A DNA stretch of 64,000 nucleotides from Nitrospiraceae bacterium (GTDB taxonomy: Bacteria; Nitrospirota; Nitrospiria; Nitrospirales; Nitrospiraceae), in the NCBI GenBank assembly GCA_050246315.1, contig JBFWWG010000002.1, positions 364,811 to 428,810 on the forward strand, read 5' to 3'. A program made the translations under genes and the position numbers. Shown piece after piece: positions 1-9,968 of this stretch (positions within the stretch are counted from its first letter, which is position 1; each line of letters starts with the position of its first letter). Under the pieces are notes generated by a model. The model saw nothing but the letters and a program-made list of their open reading frames with translations. It made no database searches and was not told where the DNA came from.

Positions 1-217
1 ATCTGCCCTGCAGTACCCATGCGACAGAACTGAGAAACTGTCTGACAGTGCGCAAAGCTTCTTCATATGTCCCGGGAGGGCCATACTTGGTAATGACGTC
101 AGGTGACCACTTATCCGTTTCAGGTCTTAAGGTGAGCTCTCGCCCGCGAAAACTAATGTTCGTCTCTTCAGTGGCCCAAAACACCCCGTTCTCAACTCCA
201 ACAACGAGCCAGCTCAT
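1..217 (-). CDS. Partial CDS running off the left edge; MauJ/ApeA-like hypothetical protein
   Basis: Read manually on the minus strand from ATG 217, after a GGGGAGGG RBS: MSWLVVGVENGVFWATEETNISFRGRELTLRPETDKWSPD...VRQFLSSVAW, open to the edge. Family call from recalled resemblance only. Confidence 0.5.
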   Translation of the reverse strand, partial: MSWLVVGVENGVFWATEETNISFRGRELTLRPETDKWSPDVITKYGPPGTYEEALRTVRQFLSSVAWVLQGR

Positions 218-365
218 ATGTCCCTCCCCGGGTCGCATTGTAGGATCGCTGCGATACAGCCGCAAGACTCAGGATGGGTTAATACAAGCTTCATCGCAGT
301 TTCCACGCAGGCTGGAGCTGAGGTGTGGACAGGGACCGCTTAGAACGCCATTACAGTTTTATGTA

Positions 366-1271
366 TTACCACCGATCAGAACCAAACGGCTGTTCGAGGT
401 TTCCCACCGCTGACTCAATGGAAAGAACACTTTCCGTCGCAAAGGACAAAACAAACTCGGCTTCACTTTCTGAAAGATTCTCCTTTCGGCCGTATGAATG
501 TGCCGCCATATCGCTGGTAAACGCCACCTCTCCGGCTAGTTGTCGAAACCGCACAAAGTCGGGATAGCTAAGGCCGAGAGTTTGATAGACAAGGATGTCC
601 TGCATCCGCTCCAATGATCTCTGTGCATCTCGGCTGTCACCTTTGTCAAATTTGCCGGACGAGTCAACCATCATGATGGTTGACCATCTAGGAAATTGGC
701 CGACTATGGCACGCTCGACCATCAGCAACGACAGATGTATGGCTGCTGATGCCTTAAATGCGGACGTTTGTAGGTCCTTTGCCTGAAGCGCCGCCTCAGC
801 CTCATTCAGAAACGTCCTAGCCCTCTCGTGCTGCACCAGATCAGTTAAGGAGAGCGTTTCAAACTCGACCGCCCACACGAGCTCTACTAATTTGTTCAGG
901 AAGCTTCTCGTATAGGTTCGGCTATCCTCTACCTCTATGTCATTCGGGTATCTCGCCCGGTGTTGCGCATCATTTCGAACGGCATGAGTTTGAAGGAGAT
1001 GAGCTCTGTCCGGCAGTTCACCGATCCCCTCCTTCCTCAGTACTTGTTCGCACTGTTGAAGGAGCCCGGGGAAGTTATCGGCTGAAGACTTAGAGGAATC
1101 CAACGAGACTATGACGGTGGACAATAAGGACTCGACTGCAAGGTCAAAGCCAATAACGGCGAAGAGTTTGGCGGTCAGCGTCTTTCGAGATGCCTGAACA
1201 AGGGCATGTTGATACAACTGTTTAACCACCAGGAGCTTCTGCCTCGTCGTAACATCGAGAAAGCGCGGCAT
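366..1271 (-). CDS. HEPN-like domain protein (putative toxin or defence RNase)
   Basis: 301 aa helical protein with a DLAVE helix and an RxxxxH motif (RNDAQH). Confidence 0.6.
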   Translation of the reverse strand: MPRFLDVTTRQKLLVVKQLYQHALVQASRKTLTAKLFAVIGFDLAVESLLSTVIVSLDSSKSSADNFPGLLQQCEQVLRKEGIGELPDRAHLLQTHAVRNDAQHRARYPNDIEVEDSRTYTRSFLNKLVELVWAVEFETLSLTDLVQHERARTFLNEAEAALQAKDLQTSAFKASAAIHLSLLMVERAIVGQFPRWSTIMMVDSSGKFDKGDSRDAQRSLERMQDILVYQTLGLSYPDFVRFRQLAGEVAFTSDMAAHSYGRKENLSESEAEFVLSFATESVLSIESAVGNLEQPFGSDRW

Positions 1272-1285
1272 GATTGCTCCTCCGC

Positions 1286-2224
1286 CTACTTGCGACTCGC
1301 GATATCGGTGAGGGGCCCTAGATCAAGATGCTTTATTCCGCACGCGTCATGTCCTAGTGGATGCATCCACAGGAACCGGTATTCTCGTTGATAGGCAAAT
1401 CGGAAGTCCTTGGCAATACCGGGGTCAATGACCTGTGCTAGAGAACCGTCGAGCGGATCAAAGTACTGCATGGGGATGTGGTAGAAGTCCCATCCGCCGA
1501 GCTGCCCGCAGAATGCTTTATTCAGTCTTTCTGCGAACTGCTCTACGTCGCGAACTTCAGCGCATGCCCCGCCAAATTCATCCTTGAGCGAAACGTCCCA
1601 CTCCGATGAGCAACATAAGACGTAGTAGTCGTGAATCGACGATGTGCGGCGCATGTCGCCAATGATGGCCACCTTATTTCCATTCCGATCAATCATATGC
1701 ATGTTTTGACCTGGAACCGTACAACTCTTTTCCGTTTCATGGTCTGACCTTGCTTCACCAAGGGCGGTGTCGTGGTAGAACGATGCCGGCCTGACTTGGA
1801 TGCGACCCGCCATAAAATCTCGTATTACGTCCGGCGCGGCATACCGGAACACTATGTCATCTTTTGGTGGACCTATTGAGGTTTCTGCAACATCGAACAC
1901 TTCCGATGGCTTTGTTAATCCTCTTAGGAATAATTCCAGCCGCGTCTCGTGCTCTTTTCTGAACCAGTACCAGGAGCTCATCGGGCTCTGTATCGGAATT
2001 CTGTGACGATAAGGACAAATCAAGGCCTTCATATTTCGAATCACGGATCGGTGTCGGTCCCTGAGAGCGGCATCTGTGGCGCTTCCGAGATATCGCCTGC
2101 CCTCGAATAACAACTCCCAAAAAGCAGGCTCGTAACTATGAAAATTGTCGTTAAACGACCGCACAGCGGCCGGCGTTGGAAGTACACTGGGCAACATGAG
2201 TGAGGGCACTCGAAGCGAAGGCAT
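1286..2224 (-). CDS. Hypothetical protein with a DUF2971-like C-terminal motif
   Basis: 312 aa, tightly packed between co-oriented genes; KDFRFAYQREYRF resembles the K..(W/F).Y(E/Q).E.R motif. Confidence 0.5.
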   Translation of the reverse strand: MPSLRVPSLMLPSVLPTPAAVRSFNDNFHSYEPAFWELLFEGRRYLGSATDAALRDRHRSVIRNMKALICPYRHRIPIQSPMSSWYWFRKEHETRLELFLRGLTKPSEVFDVAETSIGPPKDDIVFRYAAPDVIRDFMAGRIQVRPASFYHDTALGEARSDHETEKSCTVPGQNMHMIDRNGNKVAIIGDMRRTSSIHDYYVLCCSSEWDVSLKDEFGGACAEVRDVEQFAERLNKAFCGQLGGWDFYHIPMQYFDPLDGSLAQVIDPGIAKDFRFAYQREYRFLWMHPLGHDACGIKHLDLGPLTDIASRK

Positions 2225-2228
2225 AATC

Positions 2229-2996
2229 CTAGTCCACAGCTAGGTGCGGGCCGATCTTCTTCGTAATTTCCATCACCGTTCGCGCGTCTACCATCAATTG
2301 AGCATGAGGTAATACCGGTTCACCTCGATCCTCCCCCGAGAAGGAGTCGGCTACCGCTAGACAAATACTACCCTCTGTTCTTTCCTCTCCACTCAGTTCC
2401 AACGCACGGTCTAGGTCACCTTCTCGGATTGCTTCCGCTATCTTTGCTTCCCGCTCCTTTGAACGCTGTTCATGTTCCGGTGTCTGAACGAAAGGGGGAA
2501 GGTATGGCGGTATCCGATGCGCCTGGGCATCGCGATAGTTTTTGGCGTACTTAATGTGCCAAGCTTTAAGCCGCTCTGTCGTTAAGTAATCTCGCACCTC
2601 TGGTGGTAGAACCTTCTGGGTCTCCTTCAGAAACAGCCCCACATCTTGGCGATTCAGTGTAATTGTGCGCTCCAAGATGTACGTCCATGCGAGGTTATCG
2701 GCCATGCCATGGCAATGAATAAGAAAACTGTGGAGGTGAATCTCTATGTCCGAGAGCTCCTCGTCGGTAAGGAGCTCGTGGCGGTCCACCGGGAACACTT
2801 CGAAGATACTGTCCATGCATCGCTGGATGCATTTCAACCGTCGGCAGACGCCCTGAAGCAAGAACGCCTGGGCGTTCGGCTTCTTCAATTTGGGTGAAAC
2901 CTCGGAGGCCAGTGAAAGCCAGAGATTACGTAACTCACGGGACACGTCCGCACGAGCCGTATTCAGTTGTACCGCAACCTGTGCCGCGTACTCCAT
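2229..2996 (-). CDS. Cthe_2314-like HEPN domain protein
   Basis: 255 aa with DNLAW and YRDAQAHRIP (RxxxxH) motifs; GGGAGG RBS upstream. Confidence 0.65.
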   Translation of the reverse strand: MEYAAQVAVQLNTARADVSRELRNLWLSLASEVSPKLKKPNAQAFLLQGVCRRLKCIQRCMDSIFEVFPVDRHELLTDEELSDIEIHLHSFLIHCHGMADNLAWTYILERTITLNRQDVGLFLKETQKVLPPEVRDYLTTERLKAWHIKYAKNYRDAQAHRIPPYLPPFVQTPEHEQRSKEREAKIAEAIREGDLDRALELSGEERTEGSICLAVADSFSGEDRGEPVLPHAQLMVDARTVMEITKKIGPHLAVD

Positions 2997-3276
2997 CGTT
3001 CCTCCCTATGCTATCGTCTGCCGCCGTATAGCACCCGTACAATAGCGCCGGACTGCATCCTCCGCGAAGAAGGCATGACATTTCAACTACATGATTCGTC
3101 ATATAGCACCAGAGAGCGCGGCTCATGCGCAACATACTGGAGAAGCGGCCGTTGAGTGGTTAACGTTGACAATACAGGGAAAGGACGAATGCATGAAGGA
3201 TGGGGCATCCTTCACGATTCGACCGCATCTGATTTCCGCCGAAACTCTCCCGGCGAGGACGGACCGAATAAGGCCC

Positions 3277-3319
3277 TTGACAGCACTTGGTTTTGTCATG
3301 TATCCATTGGATACATGAC
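3277..3319 (+). promoter_or_regulatory. Promoter -35 (TTGACA 3277-3282) and perfect palindromic operator GTCATGTATCCA-T-TGGATACATGAC (3295-3319)
   Basis: 12-bp perfect inverted arms with a 1-nt centre, covering the expected -10 region and the ATG of the repressor gene at 3315. Confidence 0.75.
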
Positions 3320-3860
3320 CCCAGACGAACTGAAAAGGTCCAGGACAGCCCTCGGATTGACGCAACAGCAGCTCGCCGACGAGCTGCGGTTGAAACGCTT
3401 GGCCATCACGCGCTATGAGGGAGGCACCCGCCGCATTCCCGGTCTGGTCGAGGTTGCCATCAGGCATCTCACCACTCCAAGCCGGATTTTCCTTGTCGGA
3501 ACCGTCGCGGCCGGGGACCCCCTCGAAGCCTTTCCGCAGACCGAAGTGGTCGAGGTGCCGCCGAGCATGGTGGGTCGGCGAGACACCTTCGCTCTTCGTG
3601 TGAAGGGGAACTCCATGCGGGATGAAGGGATCCTGCCCGGTGATGTGGTGGTGGTGCAGAAACAGGCCACGGCGCGAAATGGCCAGACGGTGATTGCCCT
3701 AGTGAATGGGGAGGCCACGATCAAAACGTACTCCCGCAAGGACGGGGTTGTGGAGCTGCATCCCGCCAACGAAAGCATGAAGCCGATCGTGGTGAAGGAG
3801 ACGGATACCTTCCACATCGAGGGCGTCGTGGTGGGGGTCCTGCGTCATTTGCGGAAGTAG
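3315..3860 (+). CDS. lexA: LexA-like self-cleaving repressor (XRE-type HTH plus S24 peptidase)
   Basis: HTH LGLTQQQLADELRL..AITRYEGG, VAAG cleavage site, catalytic Ser (GNSM) and Lys (ATIK). Start moved from ORF 3156 to ATG 3315. Confidence 0.85.
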   Translation: MTPDELKRSRTALGLTQQQLADELRLKRLAITRYEGGTRRIPGLVEVAIRHLTTPSRIFLVGTVAAGDPLEAFPQTEVVEVPPSMVGRRDTFALRVKGNSMRDEGILPGDVVVVQKQATARNGQTVIALVNGEATIKTYSRKDGVVELHPANESMKPIVVKETDTFHIEGVVVGVLRHLRK

Positions 3861-3890
3861 GTGTGCCATCGAACAGACTGAGTCCGCACC

Positions 3891-5075
3891 ATGGACCGCC
3901 AGATTGTCTGCTTTGCGATCCCGTCGTTTGAGCTCGCGCTCGCTCGTCTGAACGACCCCACCCTCCGTACGCGACCTCTCGCCCTGGCCCCTTTCAATAC
4001 CCCGCGTGCCCTGCTCCATGATGTCTCGCCCGAAGCCAAACAGGATGGTCTCCATATCGGAATGCCCCTGGAGCACGCTCGTCGCTTGTGTCCATCACTG
4101 CATGTGCTTTCGCCCAACCCATGTCGGGTCCGTAGTGCAGACCAATCACTTATGAACGTCGTCGCCCTCTATGCGCCCGTGTGGGAACCCTCTCAGCCGG
4201 GGTCCTTCGTAATGGATGTGACAGGCACCGCCAGGCTGTTCGGGCCTGCCTGCGATGTCGCCGCAAAGGTGCAGCAGGAAATCTTCGACCGGTATCGTCT
4301 TGATGGCTTGGCCGGTGTGGGGTGCAACAAACTTGTGGCGCAGACGGCCGCGAGGTTGATCGAGCCTTCCGAATTGTATGAGGTCCGGCCCGGGTCCGAA
4401 CGCCCCTTCATGGCCCCGCTGTCGGTCCGCCTGCTGCCGGGACTCCAGCGCCCCTGTATGCGAAAGGTCCTGGAGCGGCTGGACGACCTCAACCTCCGCA
4501 CCTTAGGCGACGTGGCGGAGAGTCCGCTGGAAGCCTTGGAACTCGCGGTCGGCGACTATGCCGGAACGCTCTGCCGATGGGCGCAAGGGATCGATCATGT
4601 GCCGGTCCTTCCTCCCGCGCATCAACCCAGTCTCGAAGAGACCGTCACCCTCGAGCCGGGCGAGGTGGAGGACCCGGTGCTGTGGGGCCGGCTGTTGGAT
4701 GTCCTGCAACGTCTCTGCCGGACGCTGCGGAGTCACCGGCGGGTCTGCAGCCGGCTGTCCCTCACGATCCACTACAGCGATCAGGTCGCGGTCATGAAGC
4801 AGGCGCATGTCAGGCCGGAGACGTGCTGGGAATGCGATCTCGCTCCCGTGCTTGCTGCGCTCTTCCAACGGTGCCTCCAGCGTCGGGTCCGCCTCCGCCT
4901 GATGACGGTCTCCTTGAGCGGCCTGGAGGTTTCTGCGGAGCAGCTATCCCTCTTTGATGACCGGTCAGATGAGGAGCAGAAGCGGCGTGGGCGAGCACAA
5001 GCCCTGGCCCTGGCGCTCGACCAACTCAAGGCCCGGTTCGGCGAGCGGGCGATTCGCTATGGGAGGAGTCATTGA
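3891..5075 (+). CDS. imuB: ImuB-like catalytically inactive Y-family polymerase
   Basis: Y-family motifs (GMPLEHARRLCP, GVGCNKLVAQTA) with the catalytic acidic residues replaced (FAIPSF, PSQPGSF); clamp-binding motif EQLSLF; directly upstream of dnaE2. Confidence 0.85.
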   Translation: MDRQIVCFAIPSFELALARLNDPTLRTRPLALAPFNTPRALLHDVSPEAKQDGLHIGMPLEHARRLCPSLHVLSPNPCRVRSADQSLMNVVALYAPVWEPSQPGSFVMDVTGTARLFGPACDVAAKVQQEIFDRYRLDGLAGVGCNKLVAQTAARLIEPSELYEVRPGSERPFMAPLSVRLLPGLQRPCMRKVLERLDDLNLRTLGDVAESPLEALELAVGDYAGTLCRWAQGIDHVPVLPPAHQPSLEETVTLEPGEVEDPVLWGRLLDVLQRLCRTLRSHRRVCSRLSLTIHYSDQVAVMKQAHVRPETCWECDLAPVLAALFQRCLQRRVRLRLMTVSLSGLEVSAEQLSLFDDRSDEEQKRRGRAQALALALDQLKARFGERAIRYGRSH

Positions 5076-8000
5076 GTGCCGGCCACCTTCGTGCACCTGC
5101 ATACCCATTCGCTCTATTCCCCCATGCAAGGGATCCCCACCCTGGAGGCGCTCTGCGAGGCGGTGCGCGCCCAAGGCCAGGACCGGCTGGCTCTCACGGA
5201 CACGAACGGGCTGTATGGCGCCATCCGGTTCCTCGATGTGGCGCGAGACACAGGCCTCAAGCCCATCATCGGCGCGGAACTGGTTCACGAGGCGTGGCGG
5301 GCGGTGCTGCTCGCGAAGACCCCGAGCGGCTACGCCAACCTGTGCCGGATCCTCTCGGCTCGCCACTGTGATGAGGCCTTCGACTTCACGGGCACGGTCG
5401 CCCAATATCGAGCCGGCTTGGTGATCCTCTCGGATGACCGCGCCGCTCTGACCGCCTGGAGCCAGGATTCAGACGAAGACCTCTATGTGGAACTGACACC
5501 CGGCCCAACGATGCATGAGGCGGTCGCGCTCAGCCGGCAGAGCGGGCTTCCACCTGTAGCGACTGCACGAGCCTCGTTCCTTCGTCCAGTCGACTACCAC
5601 GCGCACCGGCTGCTGCGGGCCATTGCAACCAATTCGACCCTCTCGCGGCTCTGCGCGGATCACTGCTCCGCCCCGTCACAGTGGCTCATGCCGGAGGCAG
5701 TCCTGGCTCGCTATTTTCCCCATGTCCCTGCGGCGCTCACCAATACATGTCGCATCGCCAAAGCCTGTCACACCGACTGGGACTTCAAGGAGACCATCTT
5801 CCCCGCCTTTCGCCAGCTCTCCGCAGAGGCCGCCTTCGAGACGTTGCGGACCAAGACCTATGAGGGTGCGCGGTGGCGCTATGGTGAACTGTCTGGGGTC
5901 GTGAAGCAGCGGATCGAGAAGGAGCTGAGAGTCATCCAAGAGAAACGCTACGCCCACTACTTTCTCGTCGTCGACGAAATCGTGAGGCAAGCGCCACGGA
6001 CCTGTGGCCGGGGTTCCGCGGCGGCCTCCATCGTGTCGTTCTGCCTTGGGATCACGCACGTCGATCCCATTCGCAACCACCTGCTCTTCGAGAGGTTTCT
6101 CAATCCCGGCCGCCACGATCCCCCGGACGTCGATCTCGACTTCCCCTGGGATGAGCGACCCAAGATTCTGGAATGGGTTTTCACGCACTACGGGCCACGC
6201 CAGGCGGCGATGGTGGCCAACCAGAACACCCTGGCGACTCGTGCCGCGCTGCGCGAGATTGCGAAAGTCTATGGCATTCCTGCGGCAGAGATCGGCAAGA
6301 CCCTGAAGTTGGTTCAGCGGCGTGCCGACTTTGTCGACATGACGCCTGGAATGACCGTCAAGACCTGGGCGACGCAGGTCTGCGACACCCTGCGTCTCCG
6401 AGTCCCGTGGCCGGAGATTCTCTACTGGTCCGTCCAGCTCCAAGGGCACTTCCGCAACCTCGGTCTCCACCCAGGAGGCGTCGTGCTGGTTCCTGACGAG
6501 ATTCGGCGGTATGTGCCGGTTGAAATCTCCGCCTCCGGCTGGCCGATGATTCAGTGGGAGAAGGATCAGACGGAGGAAGCGGGCCTCGTCAAGATTGACC
6601 TGCTCGGCAATCGTTCGCTCGCCGTGATCCGCGATGCGCTGGCGGCGATCGCACGCAATACCGGCCGCGTGATCGACTACGCGACGTGGGACCCCATCAG
6701 CGATCCGGCCACGAACGAGCTGATTCGGCGAGGCGACACGATGGGGTGCTTCTACATCGAGTCGCCGGCGACGCGGCTCCTGCTGAAGAAACTCTGGACC
6801 GGCATGCCGCCAGCCAGACGCGCGCAGGCGGATGTCTTCGAGTACTTAGTCGTCGTCTCCTCGATCATCCGGCCCGCTGCCAATGTATTCGCCGACGAGT
6901 TCGTCCGTCGCGCCCACGGGCGCCCGTACACTTCGCTCCATCCGGTATTGGACGACGTGCTTGCCGAGACCCACGGCATCATGGTCTACCAAGAGGACGT
7001 AATGAAGGTCGCCGTCGCATTGGGCGGGTTCACCGTCGAGGACGGCGATCAACTCAGAAAGGTCTTAAGCAAAAAGCATAAGGAGCGGCAGCTCCAGGAT
7101 TACCAGCGGCAATTCTATGCGGGCGCAGCGGCGCGCGGCGTGCGGCAGCCTGTCATCGACCAGATCTGGGCCATGATCATGAGCTTCGCAGGCTACAGTT
7201 TCTGCAAGCCGCACTCCGCCTCTTACGCCCAGGTCAGTTTCAAGTCGGCGTACCTACGAGCCCACTATCCTGCTGAGTTCATCGCTGCCGTCGTGAGCAA
7301 TCAAGGCGGCTACTACTCGACCTTCGCCTATCTGTCTGAGGGGCGCCGCATGGGGCTCACGATTCACCCGATCAACATCAACGCGAGCGAGTGGACGTAC
7401 GCCGGGTCGGGCAAGACGGTTCGCGTGGGGCTGATGCAGATCAAGTCCCTCCAGGAAGACCTCGCGAAGCGGATCATCGCAGAGCGGCGCGCGAACGGCC
7501 CGTACAGGTCGCTGCGCGACTTCCTGGATCGTGTGCAGCCGGACCTCGTCCAAGCGAAGCTCCTCATCAAGGCAGGGTGTTTCGACTCGATCGCGGGAGA
7601 ACTCACGCGCCCCGGGCTGTTGTGGCGACTCTTCGCGTCGCAGGCAGCCAAGCCGCCAGGCTATTTACCCATTCCTGCCGAGTACTCGGTCCAACAGAAG
7701 CTCGCGCACGAGCTTGAGCTCTTCGGCTTTCCGCTGAGCTGTCATCCGCTGGAACTCTTCGAGGACGTACTCGCGCACCTCCCGCATCTTCCCGCCAAGG
7801 ATCTGGCTCTGCACGTCGGGGAAGAGGTGACGGTGGCCGGCTGGCTCCTCACGGAAAAGATCATCTCCACGAAGAAGGGGGAGCCGATGGAGTTCATCAC
7901 CTTCGAGGATCAGACAGGACTCTACGACGCGACCCTGTTCCCCGATGTCTATCGCCAGTACTGTCATCTGCTGGCACCGAACCATGCCTATGTCGTGACC

Positions 8001-8114
8001 GGACGGGTCGAGGAGCAGCTTTCAACCTTGACGCTCACCGTCAAAGATCTAAAGCTCTTGGCCTCTCGTGATGTGAAGGGTCAGCTGGAGCCCCTTGAAG
8101 AAGTCATCAGCTAA
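5076..8114 (+). CDS. dnaE2: Error-prone DNA polymerase III alpha subunit (DnaE2/ImuC)
   Basis: PHP domain (HLHTHS, TDTNGLYG), GRGSAAAS, PPDVDLDF, KIDLLG, FCKPHSASYA and a C-terminal OB fold; 1012 aa. Confidence 0.93.
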   Translation: MPATFVHLHTHSLYSPMQGIPTLEALCEAVRAQGQDRLALTDTNGLYGAIRFLDVARDTGLKPIIGAELVHEAWRAVLLAKTPSGYANLCRILSARHCDEAFDFTGTVAQYRAGLVILSDDRAALTAWSQDSDEDLYVELTPGPTMHEAVALSRQSGLPPVATARASFLRPVDYHAHRLLRAIATNSTLSRLCADHCSAPSQWLMPEAVLARYFPHVPAALTNTCRIAKACHTDWDFKETIFPAFRQLSAEAAFETLRTKTYEGARWRYGELSGVVKQRIEKELRVIQEKRYAHYFLVVDEIVRQAPRTCGRGSAAASIVSFCLGITHVDPIRNHLLFERFLNPGRHDPPDVDLDFPWDERPKILEWVFTHYGPRQAAMVANQNTLATRAALREIAKVYGIPAAEIGKTLKLVQRRADFVDMTPGMTVKTWATQVCDTLRLRVPWPEILYWSVQLQGHFRNLGLHPGGVVLVPDEIRRYVPVEISASGWPMIQWEKDQTEEAGLVKIDLLGNRSLAVIRDALAAIARNTGRVIDYATWDPISDPATNELIRRGDTMGCFYIESPATRLLLKKLWTGMPPARRAQADVFEYLVVVSSIIRPAANVFADEFVRRAHGRPYTSLHPVLDDVLAETHGIMVYQEDVMKVAVALGGFTVEDGDQLRKVLSKKHKERQLQDYQRQFYAGAAARGVRQPVIDQIWAMIMSFAGYSFCKPHSASYAQVSFKSAYLRAHYPAEFIAAVVSNQGGYYSTFAYLSEGRRMGLTIHPININASEWTYAGSGKTVRVGLMQIKSLQEDLAKRIIAERRANGPYRSLRDFLDRVQPDLVQAKLLIKAGCFDSIAGELTRPGLLWRLFASQAAKPPGYLPIPAEYSVQQKLAHELELFGFPLSCHPLELFEDVLAHLPHLPAKDLALHVGEEVTVAGWLLTEKIISTKKGEPMEFITFEDQTGLYDATLFPDVYRQYCHLLAPNHAYVVTGRVEEQLSTLTLTVKDLKLLASRDVKGQLEPLEEVIS

Positions 8115-8332
8115 CCGCACACATCGTTGGGAACACGGGGGAGGCATCGTAGGGGTGCACGGGAAATGGCGAAAGGAGCTTGTTCCTCACGGAATATTCC
8201 TCCTTCCTGCTTGAACCGCTTTGGGTAGACTTCGTACTCTCTAGCGGGCGCCGTAGGTAGGTCCTGAAGCTCCTTCCAGATGCGGAGTAGGAGCTGTACA
8301 AGAGAACGAAGCGGGCCACACAACGCCTCTGG

Positions 8333-8842
8333 TTATCCCTTGCTCTCATAGCGCCGTATCGCCGCTAACAACTCGCGACGCGGAAGTCTCACCGAGGCAT
8401 CCTGCTCAAGCACACCCAATGCAGTCGCCAGTGCTGTTGCGGTCTGAAGCCCATGGGTATGAATTTGATCCACAACCCAAAGCAGGCCGTGAACTTCAAT
8501 GCCGTGTCGTGTAGCGAGTGTCTTGAGACCGCCGTCACCGGTTACCAAGATGGATTCCTGGTGGCTCTCGGCCAGTGCAAAGGCAAATCCGTCATGAATG
8601 GAGAGTCGTGGCTTGGCGCGAATGACTTCCTGCGCGCGCAGCACCCCTGGACCGGGTATATCGATCACCTTCAGTCCGCCCTCGACCAAGGCTTCCTTCT
8701 GAGCGGCGGTGAATTTTAGCAGCTCCTCTTCGAACAGTGTGTTGGGAATGCAGATCTCGTATGGCAGGCTCAAGAACGCATCGAGCAATGAAGCCTTCCT
8801 GAGATCGATTAAACAACTGCTGTCACTGACGATGATCCTCAT
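8333..8842 (-). CDS. PIN-domain protein
   Basis: IVSDSSCLIDL, LSIHD and LVTGDGGLK motifs; overlaps the 3' end of the upstream XRE-peptidase gene. Confidence 0.8.
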   Translation of the reverse strand: MRIIVSDSSCLIDLRKASLLDAFLSLPYEICIPNTLFEEELLKFTAAQKEALVEGGLKVIDIPGPGVLRAQEVIRAKPRLSIHDGFAFALAESHQESILVTGDGGLKTLATRHGIEVHGLLWVVDQIHTHGLQTATALATALGVLEQDASVRLPRRELLAAIRRYESKG

Positions 8843-9920
8843 CCGCGTGCGGCCCCTTCAGGCCCGCCTCCACATCAGGGACGGGAAGCCGCAACAACTC
8901 GGCAGCCTTCGTCAGTGAAATCAATCCTTCCGCCAGGGCGCGGTAGCACAGGCGCTCAAAGCGTCGTGGCCGTTCCCATTGCCCGCGCTCGGATTCGAGC
9001 TCAAGTTCCTCCGGCTCGTGCGTTCGCCACCCGCGTGCGATTCCCTGGAACGCGTAGACCAGCGTGGGCTCGCTAATGACGTTCAGTTGGCGGAGTCGCA
9101 TGAGGAGCGCGGCGCCGCTGACGCGATACATTCGCTTCAGATCAATCAGTTCCCGGTATCCTAAGGCATGGCGATGTTTGCCGACCTCGAGCAAGAGGTG
9201 CTCGCGCGTCATCATGAGGGCGCCCGCGAAGATCGTACCGGCCTTTTCCTCGTCCTTGTCCGACAGGCTCTCAGGGTCGATGAGTCGATGCGCCAGTTCG
9301 TGCGCCAGCGTCAGGCGTCTGCGTTCGAGCGAAAAGCAGCTGTTCACCACGATGACGGGCAGTTTCCACTCGCGGTCAGCCCGCCCCACTAGACAGGTGA
9401 ACCCGGAGATGCGGTCCGAAAGCGGGACCACCAGGACCTTGAGGCCCTTCTCCTCAAGCAACTCCGTCATGTTGGGAATCGGGTCGAGACCAAGTTTCCA
9501 GGCGCTGCGCACGTCGCGGGCCAACTGCTCTGCGTCCTCCACTCTCCGGAGCTTTCGAGGGCTCGACATGGGGCTCTGCCAGTGCGTACTGTCGAGTTCC
9601 AGGATGGATTCCACCTGCAAGTAGCGCTCGATCCATTCGAGCACTTCCGTCTCCACGTGTGCCCGATCGCGCGCGGTGGTGTTCGCCTTCTTCCTAAACT
9701 CGACGCCGGTTAGTTGAATGCCCTGCGTGTCGAGCAGATAGGCCACGGACACCTTGAGAGCCGCGGCAAGCGCAAGCAGGACACCAGAGCTTGGGACGTC
9801 TTCACCCCGCTCGTACTTGCCGATAGCCTGTGCCGTGACCTTATCCCCCATCGCAGAAGAGAGGCCACGGAGCGATAGCCCAGCTTTTCGCCTGGCGACT
9901 CTGATGCGGTCTCCGATCAT
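8823..9920 (-). CDS. XRE HTH fused to an ImmA/IrrE zinc metallopeptidase (CapH/CapP-like regulator)
   Basis: N-terminal HTH (IRVARRKAGLSLRGLS..AIGKYERG) and HExxH motif (AHELAH); divergent from the CBASS operon. Confidence 0.88.
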   Translation of the reverse strand: MIGDRIRVARRKAGLSLRGLSSAMGDKVTAQAIGKYERGEDVPSSGVLLALAAALKVSVAYLLDTQGIQLTGVEFRKKANTTARDRAHVETEVLEWIERYLQVESILELDSTHWQSPMSSPRKLRRVEDAEQLARDVRSAWKLGLDPIPNMTELLEEKGLKVLVVPLSDRISGFTCLVGRADREWKLPVIVVNSCFSLERRRLTLAHELAHRLIDPESLSDKDEEKAGTIFAGALMMTREHLLLEVGKHRHALGYRELIDLKRMYRVSGAALLMRLRQLNVISEPTLVYAFQGIARGWRTHEPEELELESERGQWERPRRFERLCYRALAEGLISLTKAAELLRLPVPDVEAGLKGPHADEDHRQ

Positions 9921-9932
9921 TTTCCCTCCGTG

Positions 9933-9968
9933 GTTTACACTTGCATATCATTCGTATGTATTGTAAAC
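9933..9968. promoter_or_regulatory. Inverted repeat GTTTACA...TGTAAAC in the divergent regulator/CBASS promoter region; candidate operator
   Basis: Perfect 7-bp outer arms with imperfect inner CATA/TATG pairing, in an AT-rich 113-bp intergenic gap. Confidence 0.5.

Noticed and set aside
3891..5075. Active DinB/Pol IV
   Set aside because: The catalytic acidic motifs are absent and it sits directly before dnaE2, so ImuB fits better.
8111..8323. 70-aa minus-strand ORF after the PIN gene
   Set aside because: No recognisable motif or clear RBS. It may just fill the gap between convergent genes.
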